DNA from: a candidate division WS1 bacterium
Lineage (GTDB): Bacteria; Armatimonadota; Zipacnadia; Zipacnadales; UBA11051
NCBI GenBank assembly: GCA_012518355.1
Contig: JAAYSP010000014.1
Coordinates: 5,569 to 69,568 of the forward strand
Reading direction: 5' to 3'
Length of the DNA: 64,000 nucleotides
The notes beneath the pieces were generated by a model, which had not been told where the DNA came from, did no database searches, and was given only the letters and a program-made list of their open reading frames with translations. The position numbers and the translations under genes are program-made. Of this stretch, positions 9,956-19,920 are shown piece by piece (within the stretch, counting starts at the first letter, position 1; every line of letters starts with the position of its first letter).

Positions 9956-10893
9956 AGTCTATTTCGGCAGACAGTCTGTTTCAACGGTCGGGTGGCCATA
10001 TACACGCCCAGCAGGGTAACTGTACATCCGACCACGAAGCTCGGGCCTATCGGCTCACACAGCAGCAGCCATCCGAGTATAACACTAACCAACGGCGCGA
10101 TGTACTGTGACGGACCGAGTGCGGAGCTGTCCACCAGTTCTAATGCCTTATACCACAACCCCATGGCAATCGCCGTCGGGCCAATGGCCATGTACGCTAC
10201 CGCCAGCAGCTCCAGACCGGTCAGTGGTCTGACGCCCCCCTGCAACACAGCCAGGACTGCCAGCATGAGACCACCGCCCAGGATGCACCAGGCGGATGCT
10301 ACCTCTCCGCCCAATCTGCGCACAAGGCCCTTGCCGAACGCAGTGTAGGCTGCCCAACAAACTGCTCCGCCAAGAGCTGCCATGCCACCTAGAAGGTTGT
10401 TGCTGGGTGGCAGAGGTTGCTCCGGCGCGGCAGAAAATATCACAATGCCACAGCCAACAAGCCCTATCCACAGTCCGCTAAATCGCAGCCAATTCATCCG
10501 TTCGCCTATGAGTAGAGCGAACAGGGCTATAAATATGGCGTTAGAATTGACAATCAGTGAACTGTTGATGGATGTGGTGTACTGGGCGGATATGAACACA
10601 AAGACTCCTAGCCCGAACGGTCCGACTGCGGCCAGCGCCAGTATCGGCCAGGTGAACGAGCGGGCTGCAAGGACTTTTTCAGTCCCCAACTGCACCCAAA
10701 CCCACCCCAAGGCAAACAGGCCACCCACCCCGAAACGCAGAGCTGCCATGTAGTAGGGGTCCAACTGGCGAACATCAACCAGATAGCGGGCGACCACGAA
10801 CACTGTGCCCCACAAAAAGCTGGCAGTCAGACCGTACGCAAGGCCACGCAGGTGCGAAGACATGGTATTTTCCCGTGATTCGCTTCGCGGCAT
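9946..10893 (-). CDS. EamA/DMT-family permease
   Basis: 315 aa, ~10 hydrophobic segments in two repeated halves. LWGTVFVVARY-type motif. Confidence 0.6.
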   Translation of the reverse strand: MPRSESRENTMSSHLRGLAYGLTASFLWGTVFVVARYLVDVRQLDPYYMAALRFGVGGLFALGWVWVQLGTEKVLAARSFTWPILALAAVGPFGLGVFVFISAQYTTSINSSLIVNSNAIFIALFALLIGERMNWLRFSGLWIGLVGCGIVIFSAAPEQPLPPSNNLLGGMAALGGAVCWAAYTAFGKGLVRRLGGEVASAWCILGGGLMLAVLAVLQGGVRPLTGLELLAVAYMAIGPTAIAMGLWYKALELVDSSALGPSQYIAPLVSVILGWLLLCEPIGPSFVVGCTVTLLGVYMATRPLKQTVCRNRLCR

Positions 10894-10898
10894 CTGCT

Positions 10899-11987
10899 TC
10901 AGTTCGGGCGTAACTGCGAGACGGTCTTTTCGTCAAGTTTGCTGACAAGTTCCGTCGTCAATTCCACCATTTGCCGGTACGAATTGAGTGATATGATTCC
11001 ACTATGCGCGTGAATATGACGTGCCGGTATGCCCAACACCAGACTGGGTACTCCGCTGGCGTGGAGATGAATGCGTCCAGCATCCGTGCCACCACGGTCA
11101 AGTACGGACATCTGACACTCCAGGCCCATCTCTGCACACAAATCGATGGCCATATCGCGCAGTCGCAGGTTCGGGATGGCGCTGCCATCCATCACGTATA
11201 CGGTAGGGCCGCCATCCAGTTTTACATCCGAAACGGCATCATCTATACCTGGAACATCACCGCACACTGCCACTTCCAGCACTATGGCCACATCGGGCGC
11301 GACCGTCTGTACTGAGGTCTGGGCACCACGCAGCCCCACTTCCTCCTGAACGGTGCCAACGCCGTACACACGGTTGGCGTGACCGCGAGCAGACAGTGCT
11401 CTGAGTGTCTCCATCATAATTGCCACTCCGGCACGGTCATCCCAGGCTTTGCCCATCAGCAAGTCGGGATTGGCCATCGGCCTGCACGCACTGACCGGTA
11501 CTACCGGATCGCCCAGTCGTATACCGAATTCAGTTGTCGCCTGCTGTTTGTCTTTGGCGCCTACATCGAGATATAGGTCGTCCTTCTTGATGACCTTGGC
11601 TCGCTCTTCCTCGGTCACTATGTGGCCAGGTTTGACGCCGATTATGCCGAAAATCGAACCTTTTGTCGTCAGTATTTTCATCTGTTGTGCCGGCAACACA
11701 TGGTCGCGCCAGCCTCCCAGAGGTGTAAGTCGGACAAATCCTTTGTCGTCTATGTACCTGACCACAAACCCAACTTCGTCGGTGTGGGCAGCCAGCATCA
11801 CTCTCGGACGCTCTGCGCCGCCCTTCAATTCGCAGATAACGCTACCGAGGTTGTCGTAGGATACGACGCAAATGTCGCTCAATTGTTCGCCTACGAAACG
11901 CCCAACCTCGACTTCGTAGCCTGAAGGGCCATCTAACTCGCTTAGGGTGCGGAGAAGCTCTTGCGATTTCTGGCGGTCCTGTGACAT
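10899..11987 (-). CDS. M42-family glutamyl aminopeptidase/endoglucanase-like (FrvX/CelM-type) metallopeptidase
   Basis: The tabulated ORF 10899..12680 has a ~230-aa arginine/cysteine-rich nonsense N-terminal extension overlapping the upstream flippase gene in another frame. The genuine start is the internal ATG at 11985-11987 (MSQDRQKSQELLRTLSELDGPSGYE), preceded by GGAGA. Metal-binding region AHTDEVGF, DDRAGV and QEEVGLRG. Confidence 0.7.
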   Translation of the reverse strand: MSQDRQKSQELLRTLSELDGPSGYEVEVGRFVGEQLSDICVVSYDNLGSVICELKGGAERPRVMLAAHTDEVGFVVRYIDDKGFVRLTPLGGWRDHVLPAQQMKILTTKGSIFGIIGVKPGHIVTEEERAKVIKKDDLYLDVGAKDKQQATTEFGIRLGDPVVPVSACRPMANPDLLMGKAWDDRAGVAIMMETLRALSARGHANRVYGVGTVQEEVGLRGAQTSVQTVAPDVAIVLEVAVCGDVPGIDDAVSDVKLDGGPTVYVMDGSAIPNLRLRDMAIDLCAEMGLECQMSVLDRGGTDAGRIHLHASGVPSLVLGIPARHIHAHSGIISLNSYRQMVELTTELVSKLDEKTVSQLRPN

Positions 11988-12007
11988 GGTTTGTCTCCTT
12001 TTGCGCC

Positions 12008-13528
12008 TCAGTGGTTTGTGCCGCTCTTGCGAGCCTTTCTCTGCTGCCAGAGCACCCTCAACTCCTGCCATAGTCCGGTGTGATATTTGCCGTACACCAC
12101 GCCGGGAACATACAGGCAGACAAAGAAAAAAAGATACAGAGAGGCCCACAGCGGATCTGCAGGGTGGGGCATGACGAAGCTTGCGGCAAGCGAACCCGCC
12201 AGCCTCAGAGACACCACCGCCCAAAGAGTTGGGAGATAACATCCGGCAAGTTCCACTGCAAGTTGGCGGCCTGTGAAATACTTGGGGAGCACCAGAAGCA
12301 GGCTCAGCAACGAGGCCACTGCATAGGCCCCTGCAGCCGCTGCGGCGATATGCTCGATGGGTGCCTGTTGCCGCACCAGCCAGTAAGATACTGCTCCCAG
12401 CGCCAGGCCGGACAGACCTCGCGTAATGATCACTGCTAGTTCGCGATTGGTGGCTATCAGGACGCTGTTTGTCGCCAATGGGAGAGCCAGGAAGATGCCA
12501 CCCCAGGCTAGTATCTGCCCAGCTTTGGTCGAATTCACAAATTCGGGCACTATCCAGACGATCAAGAGCGGCAGGAGGATGTGGGCACTGCCGGCTAGCA
12601 AAGGCATGACCGCAGCGGAAACTTGCGTGGGCAGTTGGACATGCCGACGCATGTTGCGAAGATCTCCTGAAGCACCCCATGCTTCTATGATCTTCGGCCA
12701 GATGACAAAGCCGGCCGCTTCTGGCAACGTAAACATGTAACCAGCCATCTGCATTCCGACACTGTAGAGCCCGATGCGATAGGCCTCGTAGTATCGGATG
12801 ATCACAGCCCCGTCTACGGTACGCAGCAGGGTGTCGGTGAAGGTGATGGCCAGGATCAATAGGCCGGTCTTAAAAAGCCGCACAGCGTCGGCAGAGTACC
12901 AGTTCGGACGAATGCGAACGCCTGAGTAGAGGTGCAGGATGATCAAGTCCAGCAGCCACGCAGCCAGCATTCCGAGCATGGCGCCTAGAAAACCCCAGCG
13001 ATAGGCCCCGTATATGGTGAGACCGAAAGCTGCCGCAGCATCAATAGCCGTCAAATACGAAAGCAGCCGGAAATTACCCCAGGACCTAAGTACGCAGCGG
13101 TAGAGGTTATAAGTCTGACTTGCCAGGAGCCAGCCTGCGCCGATGACCAACGCCAATGCAGTGGGGCGCTCTTCGGTTGGTTCAGATATGCCCCATATGC
13201 ACATCCCCAGGGCTGCCAACGCCGTGAGAGCCACAACCCATGTCATGCCTGACGCCTCTATCGCTTCGGCCTCACTGTCGTCTCCAGCGCCGATTTTCAG
13301 AGGGAGTTCCTTACTCAAGCCATGTAAAATACCAAGGTGCGCATTGCTCGTGTAGCGGTTTATCACGTGGACCGATTGCATGAGCCCCCGGCCCATCACG
13401 CCAACATACCGCATCACCACTATACCGCGGATAACCCCGAGGACAACAGCAAAATATGTGCTGCCGGCCATAAAAAATACGGCGGCCGAGGCACGCATAA
13501 GCCCTCGTCGCCGTCCCGACAACTTCAT
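12008..13528 (-). CDS. Polysaccharide/oligosaccharide flippase (MOP superfamily, Wzx/MurJ-like)
   Basis: About 14 predicted TM segments. Start at ORF Met 13588 or more likely MKLSGRRRGLM near 13528. Confidence 0.5.
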   Translation of the reverse strand: MKLSGRRRGLMRASAAVFFMAGSTYFAVVLGVIRGIVVMRYVGVMGRGLMQSVHVINRYTSNAHLGILHGLSKELPLKIGAGDDSEAEAIEASGMTWVVALTALAALGMCIWGISEPTEERPTALALVIGAGWLLASQTYNLYRCVLRSWGNFRLLSYLTAIDAAAAFGLTIYGAYRWGFLGAMLGMLAAWLLDLIILHLYSGVRIRPNWYSADAVRLFKTGLLILAITFTDTLLRTVDGAVIIRYYEAYRIGLYSVGMQMAGYMFTLPEAAGFVIWPKIIEAWGASGDLRNMRRHVQLPTQVSAAVMPLLAGSAHILLPLLIVWIVPEFVNSTKAGQILAWGGIFLALPLATNSVLIATNRELAVIITRGLSGLALGAVSYWLVRQQAPIEHIAAAAAGAYAVASLLSLLLVLPKYFTGRQLAVELAGCYLPTLWAVVSLRLAGSLAASFVMPHPADPLWASLYLFFFVCLYVPGVVYGKYHTGLWQELRVLWQQRKARKSGTNH

Positions 13529-13574
13529 ATCAGCGTCAGGCACTACTTCTTTGCACCGCCTCGGCCCATGAGGA

Positions 13575-14909
13575 TCATGCCCCTGCAAGCTGTTGATACT
13601 GGTCAGAACGCGCCCACCATTTTAGCATAAGAATACGATAGGCGCCATACGGTCCGTTGCGCAGTGGGCACTCTTTAGGGTCAATTGCGGCTAATTGGCG
13701 AGGATCTTTACCATCGTATTGTGCCATGAAATCGGCCAGACTCAGAGTGGCTGCTATGTCGGAGTCGCGTGCGGTCCCTCTGGCGATGGCCAGACATGCC
13801 GCATCTATATCACCACAAGCCAAGAGCCCTCCCCGATCGGCTGATAATGCTGCCCGCTGGTCCCATGCGTGAGCCACCTTGCGGGTCATGATCATCTCAT
13901 CACGCGATACGCCTACGTCCCAACCCAGCGTCGTGGTCACCAGCAAATCCGTCAGCGCCTCTTCCACATCCGTCTGGCTGGCCGGACTGCGCTGCAAGCA
14001 GACTGTGGCTACCTGGCGACACAGCTGGTCATGGAGTGCCAGGTGGGCCATCGTACGGCCGAGAACAAAGTGGAGAGTAGCATCAGGTAGAGCGTTGATC
14101 ATGCCGGCAGTTATGGCAACCATGGTCGGATCTCCGCCGATGATCGTGGGGATCATACGACGCTCAGGTGCGAAGTACAAGCTTGGATGCTCGATACCGA
14201 AAAACTCTACTATTTCAGCTGTCACCTCGTACTCCTGGGCCCATCGCTCCTTGTCCAAATGTGCGCAGCTGACAAGTGCACGTTCCCAGGCATCATAGTC
14301 CATGGACATGTCTTGCAGCTTCTCGACCATGTCGCTTATACCGGGGCGGGCCAGCAGGTGGTGGCGGAATTCGTAATCCTGCTCGAATGCCCAAGCCACT
14401 CTGGCATCGATTTCTCCATCGGGTGACGTCTGTTGTACTGCGGGCGGCTCAGCGGTAGAGACAGTTTCAGATTGACTCTCGTCCTCGTCGTATTCCTCTT
14501 CGTTTTCCTCGTCGTTTGCGCCTATGTCCGACAACATGTTACTGTTCACCGGCTGGCGGGTGCCTACAAAAGGGTCAGGTGCAATGTCATGCAGACGTTC
14601 CAACCGTTCAGCACCGGTTGGATCGACCCGACGGAGTGCTTCCCACGCGCTTTCATCATCTCTGTCGCTTTGGATTATCGCCTGATATTCCCTGGACGCT
14701 CGTGCATTTTCGTCCGCACCTTCGTACAGTTCGCCCAGAAAGCGACGCACTTCTAGATAAGCCGGGTCGTTCTCCAGGGCATCTGTGGCATGCTGCACGG
14801 CTTCCTCAACACGCCCTCGACTGGCCGCCTCTCGCGCCTTTCGCAACGACAACTCAGCAGCCTTACGTTCGACTGGCAGGTCCTCGTCAAAGCCAATGTC
14901 TTCCGGCAT
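13575..14909 (-). CDS. Hypothetical protein with TPR-like N-terminus, acidic linker and conserved C-terminal alpha-helical domain
   Basis: The N-terminal ~75 aa of ORF 13575..15134 are Cys-rich nonsense. Likely start MPEDIGFDEDLPVERKAAEL (ATG at 14907-14909). Highly acidic linker (EENEEEYDEDESQSE). The C-terminal domain lacks a clear HExxH. Confidence 0.35.
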   Translation of the reverse strand: MPEDIGFDEDLPVERKAAELSLRKAREAASRGRVEEAVQHATDALENDPAYLEVRRFLGELYEGADENARASREYQAIIQSDRDDESAWEALRRVDPTGAERLERLHDIAPDPFVGTRQPVNSNMLSDIGANDEENEEEYDEDESQSETVSTAEPPAVQQTSPDGEIDARVAWAFEQDYEFRHHLLARPGISDMVEKLQDMSMDYDAWERALVSCAHLDKERWAQEYEVTAEIVEFFGIEHPSLYFAPERRMIPTIIGGDPTMVAITAGMINALPDATLHFVLGRTMAHLALHDQLCRQVATVCLQRSPASQTDVEEALTDLLVTTTLGWDVGVSRDEMIMTRKVAHAWDQRAALSADRGGLLACGDIDAACLAIARGTARDSDIAATLSLADFMAQYDGKDPRQLAAIDPKECPLRNGPYGAYRILMLKWWARSDQYQQLAGA

Positions 14910-15077
14910 AGATGGCTCCCTCCAGTGCACTGCTACATGATGTGAACAGTTGCCGCAACCGAAACATAGCCTACAACTAAATACTTCGCGTCCAACGTTG
15001 AGATTCCTGCCTTCGAGCTCACTATTTATGTAAACTCCCGTGATCCATCCAGATGCGTTGATGAGTAGGGGGAGGCC

Positions 15078-15106
15078 TTGCAATACAGGTCGCGGTAGTG
15101 TATACT
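15078..15106 (+). promoter_or_regulatory. Sigma70-type promoter upstream of rimP-nusA-infB
   Basis: TTGCAA (15078-15083), 17-nt spacer, TATACT (15101-15106). About 50 bp upstream of the rimP ORF. Confidence 0.45.
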
Positions 15107-15154
15107 GCCAGTGAAGTTTCATCTCAGTCGCCATTTGCTGGGAGTGGGTGATGA

Positions 15155-15712
15155 ATGTCCCACTCCCAGTGCTTTGAAAAGCATGGCCTTAGGCGAATAG
15201 TAGTGACGTCAGTAGGTACTGGACAATTGAAAGTGAAAGAAAAGCATCCGGTCGTATTGGAAGTCGAGAGCGAGATAGAGCGGACTTTGGCCAGTCATGG
15301 TTATGAACTGGTACACATCACCTATGGCGGCCGCGGTCGCGCTCGCACTCTTACGGTTTACATAGACAAGCAAGGTGGCGTAAGTGCATCTGATTGCCAC
15401 GGTATGGCGGCGCAGATTTCGGTACTGCTCGACATAATGGACCCGATTCCCGAAAGCTACAACCTGATCGTATCCTCACCCGGAGTTGAACGGCCTCTGG
15501 TAAACGAAGGCGACTTTAGTCGTTTCGCAGGTAGATCTGCGGCGATTACCTTCACGAACTCCGAAGGCCGACAGACACGTGAGGGGAGCCTACTGGGCGT
15601 AGACGGCAGCCACGTGCTGCTCGAAACTGAGCAGGAGGTTCTACGGATCTGTACGGAGGCAATTGACAAAGCCCACTTGCTATATGATGGAGATCTCGAT
15701 GTCGACCGGTAG
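15155..15712 (+). CDS. rimP: Ribosome maturation factor RimP
   Basis: Conserved ...ERTLASHGYELVHITY... and DRF-like C-terminal region. True start may be the internal TTG/GTG near 15227-15233 (LKVKEKHPVVLEV). Confidence 0.7.
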   Translation: MSHSQCFEKHGLRRIVVTSVGTGQLKVKEKHPVVLEVESEIERTLASHGYELVHITYGGRGRARTLTVYIDKQGGVSASDCHGMAAQISVLLDIMDPIPESYNLIVSSPGVERPLVNEGDFSRFAGRSAAITFTNSEGRQTREGSLLGVDGSHVLLETEQEVLRICTEAIDKAHLLYDGDLDVDR

Positions 15713-15750
15713 AACGGCCGATACGTACTCTTCCAGGAGTTGACAGTGCG

Positions 15751-17082
15751 ATGAATGGCGAATTCATTGACGCGCTGCAGCAGTTGCAGAAAGAAAAAGA
15801 TATCCCTATGGAAGCCCTGGTCGACACCATAGAAGCGGCCATGGCTCTAGCTTACCGTAAGCACTTCGGTGTAGAAGAAGAAGTTAGGGTAGAAATTGAT
15901 ACAGCTGAGCGGACTGTGCGCATGTTCGCTCGCCGCCCGATCCTTCCTGCGTCGGCAGAGACTCTCGATGCCGCCGCCATTGAAGAACTGAAGGCTAGCG
16001 GCACAGTACAGTATGAAGAACACGAACTGGACACGGAGAAATTTGGCCGAATAGCAGCGCAGACCGCCAAACAGGTGGTCATGCAAAGAATCCGTGAGGC
16101 TGAACGTGAGATCGTTTTCACCGAATTTAGCCATCGAGTGGGCGAGGTAGTAACTGGCGAAGTGCAACGGCGCGACGCGCGCAGTGCGATTATCGCACTC
16201 GGTAAGATTGAAACCATACTTCCCTCTTATGAACAGATACCGAGCGAACCATATCGCTTTGGTGACCGCCTGAAACTGTACATCCTGGAGGTACGTAGGA
16301 CCACAAAGAATCCGCAAATCATCGTTTCGCGTACTCATCCGGCTCTGGTAACCAAGCTATTCGAGCTGGAAGTGCCCGAAGTTTACGATGGTATCGTCGA
16401 GATAAAGGCAGTGGCACGAGAGCCGGGTGCCAGATCGAAAGTGGCTGTCATGTCACACGACCCACAAGTGGACCCGGTAGGCGCCTGCGTCGGGCACCGT
16501 GGCACCCGTGTACATGCTATAGTTGACGAACTGCGTGGAGAGAAGATAGACATCGTCCGATATAGTGACGACATGTCCGAGTATCTCAGAAGTTCGCTTT
16601 CACCCGCCAAGGTCAGCAAGGTAATGCTGGACCAGCCCAATGCATCAGCGCTGGTTATCGCACCAGATGATCAACTGTCGCTTGCCATCGGCCGACGCGG
16701 TCAAAATGTCCGTCTGGCAGCCCAACTCACTGGCTGGCGTGTAGATATCCGTAGTCAGAGCGAATATGCACAAGCGGGCTTACAGGAGCTTGCTGAGCAG
16801 CCTGAAGATGAGGACCAGGACGAGAAAGAAGGCCGTATTCGTATTTACGAATTGGCCAAGAGTCTTGGGGTAGAAAACAAAGATCTAATAGAAATACTGC
16901 AAGAAGAAGGCATTGAAGTGACCAGCCACGCCAGTACTATCTCCCAGGAGGAAGCCGCCATGGTCGAGCAACTGCTCACTGGCGGTGAGGGCACCCTTGA
17001 GGCAATGGAAGACGGTGCTTTGGATCTTGATTTAGATCTGGAACTGGACCTGGATAAATTGGATGGGCTGGAGCTTGAGTAA
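15751..17082 (+). CDS. nusA: Transcription termination/antitermination factor NusA
   Basis: 443 aa. N-terminal domain, S1 and two KH domains. C-terminal acidic LDLDLDLELDLDKLDGLELE tail. Confidence 0.9.
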   Translation: MNGEFIDALQQLQKEKDIPMEALVDTIEAAMALAYRKHFGVEEEVRVEIDTAERTVRMFARRPILPASAETLDAAAIEELKASGTVQYEEHELDTEKFGRIAAQTAKQVVMQRIREAEREIVFTEFSHRVGEVVTGEVQRRDARSAIIALGKIETILPSYEQIPSEPYRFGDRLKLYILEVRRTTKNPQIIVSRTHPALVTKLFELEVPEVYDGIVEIKAVAREPGARSKVAVMSHDPQVDPVGACVGHRGTRVHAIVDELRGEKIDIVRYSDDMSEYLRSSLSPAKVSKVMLDQPNASALVIAPDDQLSLAIGRRGQNVRLAAQLTGWRVDIRSQSEYAQAGLQELAEQPEDEDQDEKEGRIRIYELAKSLGVENKDLIEILQEEGIEVTSHASTISQEEAAMVEQLLTGGEGTLEAMEDGALDLDLDLELDLDKLDGLELE

Positions 17083-17100
17083 GATTAGAGGTGTGTAGTC

Positions 17101-19197
17101 TTGGCCAAAGTCCGGGTCTTTGCTCTGGCAAAGGAACTAGGTCTAAAAAGCAGCTCGCTCATCAAAGCACTCAATCATATGGGAGTGCCTAACCTCACCC
17201 CTGCCTCGGCTATAGACGGAGAAACGGCAGTAGCTGTCCGCGAATTGCTGATGGAACAGTTGGCTAAGGCGCGGGAGCGGGCAAAAGAAGCAGAACAACC
17301 GGAAGCACCCGTGGCTGAAACAGTCAGTGAGCCCCAGCAAGCACCGGTAGCGCCGCCTGTCGAGGCCGATGTTGCTCAGCAGCAGGAGGTTGCAGCAGCC
17401 GTTCCTGAGCCTGATGACGAGAGCGAAATCAAGGAACGCGAGCAAGAGCTTGCGATGCTAGAACGGCAGATAGCCGGCCATGGCTTTGGGCCTAGCCACC
17501 CCGCGGCCTACAGCAGCATCGAGGATCTCGAGCAGCGCATAGCTCAGGTTGAAGCCACGGCGGATGCCGAGCCACGCCCCGATGCAGTGTTGCCCTTGCC
17601 CGAACTGGCCAAACGACACAGCGGACCTCGACCTGAGACCGCTACCGAGGTCCCCGCAGTCGTCACTGTACTCGGCCACGTGGACCACGGAAAGACCAGT
17701 CTACTCGACGCACTGCGCAACACCCGGGTGGTCGCCGGCGAAAGTGGTGGCATCACCCAACACATCGGTGCCTCTGAGCTGGAAGTGAACGGCAAGCGGA
17801 TTGTGTTCATAGACACCCCCGGCCACCAGGCTTTCACAGCCATTCGCGCCCGTGGTGCGCAAATAACCGACGTCGCAGTGCTCATCGTTGCCGCCGATGA
17901 CGGCATCATGCCGCAAACGGTGGAAGCCATCAACCATGCCAAGGCTGCTGACGTCCCGATTATCGTGGCCATCAACAAGTGCGATCTGCCCACTGCGAAT
18001 CCTGAGCGCGTCAAGCAGCAATTGCTGGAACACGAACTGGTACCCGAAGAGTGGGGTGGCGAAACCATTGTCGTGGAGATATCCGCCACGACCGGCCAGG
18101 GCCTGGACGATCTGGTCGAGATGCTGCTGCTGGTTGGAGAGGTCCAGGAGCTGTGGGCCGACCCCACTGCCGATTTTGTCGGTGTAGTCATCGAGGCAGG
18201 TGTCGCCACAAGTGAAGGCGCAGTCTGCACTCTGCTTACCCGTAACGGTACCCTCCGCGTTGGCGACAGCCTGGTCGCCGGTTCCCATTTTGGACGCGTC
18301 CGGCGCCTGCGTGACTGGACCGGCAAGTCCGTCAAAGAGATGGACCCGGGCCGTCCCGTAGAGGTCATCGGTCTGTCGGGAACGCCCGATGCGGGTGAGA
18401 TCGTGACACGTGCTGCAGGCCCCAAGGAGGCCCGTGAAATTGCCTCTGCTCGTGAAGAGCAAGCTCGCCAGCATGATATCGAAGCCTCACGGGCCGCAGC
18501 GTTGCGTGAGCTGTTCGCTGGTATGCGTTCAGGCGAGGTCGAACAACTCAGTGTTATCATCAAGGCCGATGTGTACGGCTCAGCCCAGGCGCTGGAAGCC
18601 AACCTCATGGATTTGGACAGCCGCCTGGATGAAGTAGACATAGAAGTAATTCATGTTGGAGTAGGCCCCGTGACCGAGTCCGATGTCATGTTAGCCCGTG
18701 CTTCAGAGGCGATTATTCTGGCCTTCAGAGTGGACTATGCACCAGCAGTGAGCCAGACCGCTGAAGTCGAAGGCGTCGAGATTCGGCCCTACCAGATCAT
18801 CTATGAAGTGCTCGATGATATCGTGGCAGCAGTTAGCGGCATGCTCAAACCGGTTGTCGAAACCAGACCCATCGGCAAAGCGGAGGTTTTGCAGATCTTC
18901 CGCAGCTCTCGCGCGGGCGTAGTCGCTGGTTGTCGCGTTGTAGAGGGAAGATTGCAGCGTAACGCCAAGATCAACGTCGTTCGCAACGGCGAATCAGTCC
19001 ACCAGGGGACGCTAAATTCCCTGCGCCGATTTGAACAGGACGTGTCACAGGTTGAGGCGCCGGCAGAGTGCGGAGTAGCAACCGAAGGATATCGTGGCTG
19101 GCAAGTTGGCGACATAATCGAGGCGACTATTGAGGTTGAGATGGAGCGCAGAGTTTCGCTGACCGGAGAGATGAAGGTCCAACGCGATCACGGATAG
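17101..19197 (+). CDS. infB: Translation initiation factor IF-2
   Basis: 698 aa. TTG start ([15 protein letters not shown]). G-domain [28 protein letters not shown]. Confidence 0.9.
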   Translation: MAKVRVFALAKELGLKSSSLIKALNHMGVPNLTPASAIDGETAVAVRELLMEQLAKARERAKEAEQPEAPVAETVSEPQQAPVAPPVEADVAQQQEVAAAVPEPDDESEIKEREQELAMLERQIAGHGFGPSHPAAYSSIEDLEQRIAQVEATADAEPRPDAVLPLPELAKRHSGPRPETATEVPAVVTVLGHVDHGKTSLLDALRNTRVVAGESGGITQHIGASELEVNGKRIVFIDTPGHQAFTAIRARGAQITDVAVLIVAADDGIMPQTVEAINHAKAADVPIIVAINKCDLPTANPERVKQQLLEHELVPEEWGGETIVVEISATTGQGLDDLVEMLLLVGEVQELWADPTADFVGVVIEAGVATSEGAVCTLLTRNGTLRVGDSLVAGSHFGRVRRLRDWTGKSVKEMDPGRPVEVIGLSGTPDAGEIVTRAAGPKEAREIASAREEQARQHDIEASRAAALRELFAGMRSGEVEQLSVIIKADVYGSAQALEANLMDLDSRLDEVDIEVIHVGVGPVTESDVMLARASEAIILAFRVDYAPAVSQTAEVEGVEIRPYQIIYEVLDDIVAAVSGMLKPVVETRPIGKAEVLQIFRSSRAGVVAGCRVVEGRLQRNAKINVVRNGESVHQGTLNSLRRFEQDVSQVEAPAECGVATEGYRGWQVGDIIEATIEVEMERRVSLTGEMKVQRDHG

Positions 19198-19203
19198 ATT
19201 CAC

Positions 19204-19491
19204 ATGCCCGCGATAGTCGGCTTGCTCACTTTGGATTTGTACATTCCGGACGCAAGATCACTGAAGGACAAAAGACGAGTGGTCAAGAGCCTGATTGACA
19301 GGCTCAGAAATCACCATGGCGTTTCAGTAGCAGAAATTGACCAGCTCGACAAGCAGTGCCGTGCTTCGATTGCAGTAGCTTGCGTCTCAAACGAACGTGC
19401 CCAGGTGGAGCGGGTACTCAGTCATATAGATAATGCAGTCTCACGAGAACGACAAATCGTCATCGAGACCAGCTTCCTTGAGATACTGTGA
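19204..19491 (+). CDS. DUF503 (YlxP-like) protein
   Basis: 95 aa, immediately after infB as in many genomes. LTLDLYIPDARSLKDKRRVVKSLIDRLR. Confidence 0.7.
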   Translation: MPAIVGLLTLDLYIPDARSLKDKRRVVKSLIDRLRNHHGVSVAEIDQLDKQCRASIAVACVSNERAQVERVLSHIDNAVSRERQIVIETSFLEIL

Positions 19492-19506
19492 GCCCTTGGC
19501 CCGGAG

Positions 19507-19920
19507 GTGATCACAATTAGACAGCACAGTCAGAGACAGCGGAGAGTGGCAAAGCTAGTACTGGAATCAGTTGCCGACATCATCCAAAATCAGGTGCAGG
19601 ATCCTGCGATCGGGTTCCTGACCATCACTGATGCTGAAGTGTCGGTGGATTTGCGGAACGCCACTGTATACTACTCAGTATTGGGGTCGGAAGAACAAAT
19701 TGAAGCCAGCACAGAGGCGCTACTCCGAGCTAAAAAGTTCATCAACGTCCGACTTGGCGATCGTCTGGCTATGAAATATACACCGCAACTACACTTCTCC
19801 TATGATCACACCGCCGAACGGGCTCAACGCATAGAGCAGGCTCTGCGATCTGTCCAAGAGGCGACTGCAGAGAGCACAGAACAGATAGATAATCCGACCG
19901 GTGATGATGAACCCACATAG
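19507..19920 (+). CDS. rbfA: Ribosome-binding factor A
   Basis: KH-like RbfA core (RVAKLVLESVADII...LTITDAEVSVDLRNATVYYSVLG). Confidence 0.75.
   Translation: MITIRQHSQRQRRVAKLVLESVADIIQNQVQDPAIGFLTITDAEVSVDLRNATVYYSVLGSEEQIEASTEALLRAKKFINVRLGDRLAMKYTPQLHFSYDHTAERAQRIEQALRSVQEATAESTEQIDNPTGDDEPT

Noticed and set aside
10899-12680. 593-aa ORF as a single fusion protein
   Set aside because: The N-terminal 230 aa are nonsense that overlap the flippase gene in another frame. A genuine M42 peptidase starts at 11987.
17544-18641. 365-aa and 257-aa ORFs on the minus strand inside infB
   Set aside because: They are antisense to a highly conserved gene, with Ser/Arg/Ala-rich low-complexity translation. 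This is a typical GC-rich shadow ORF.
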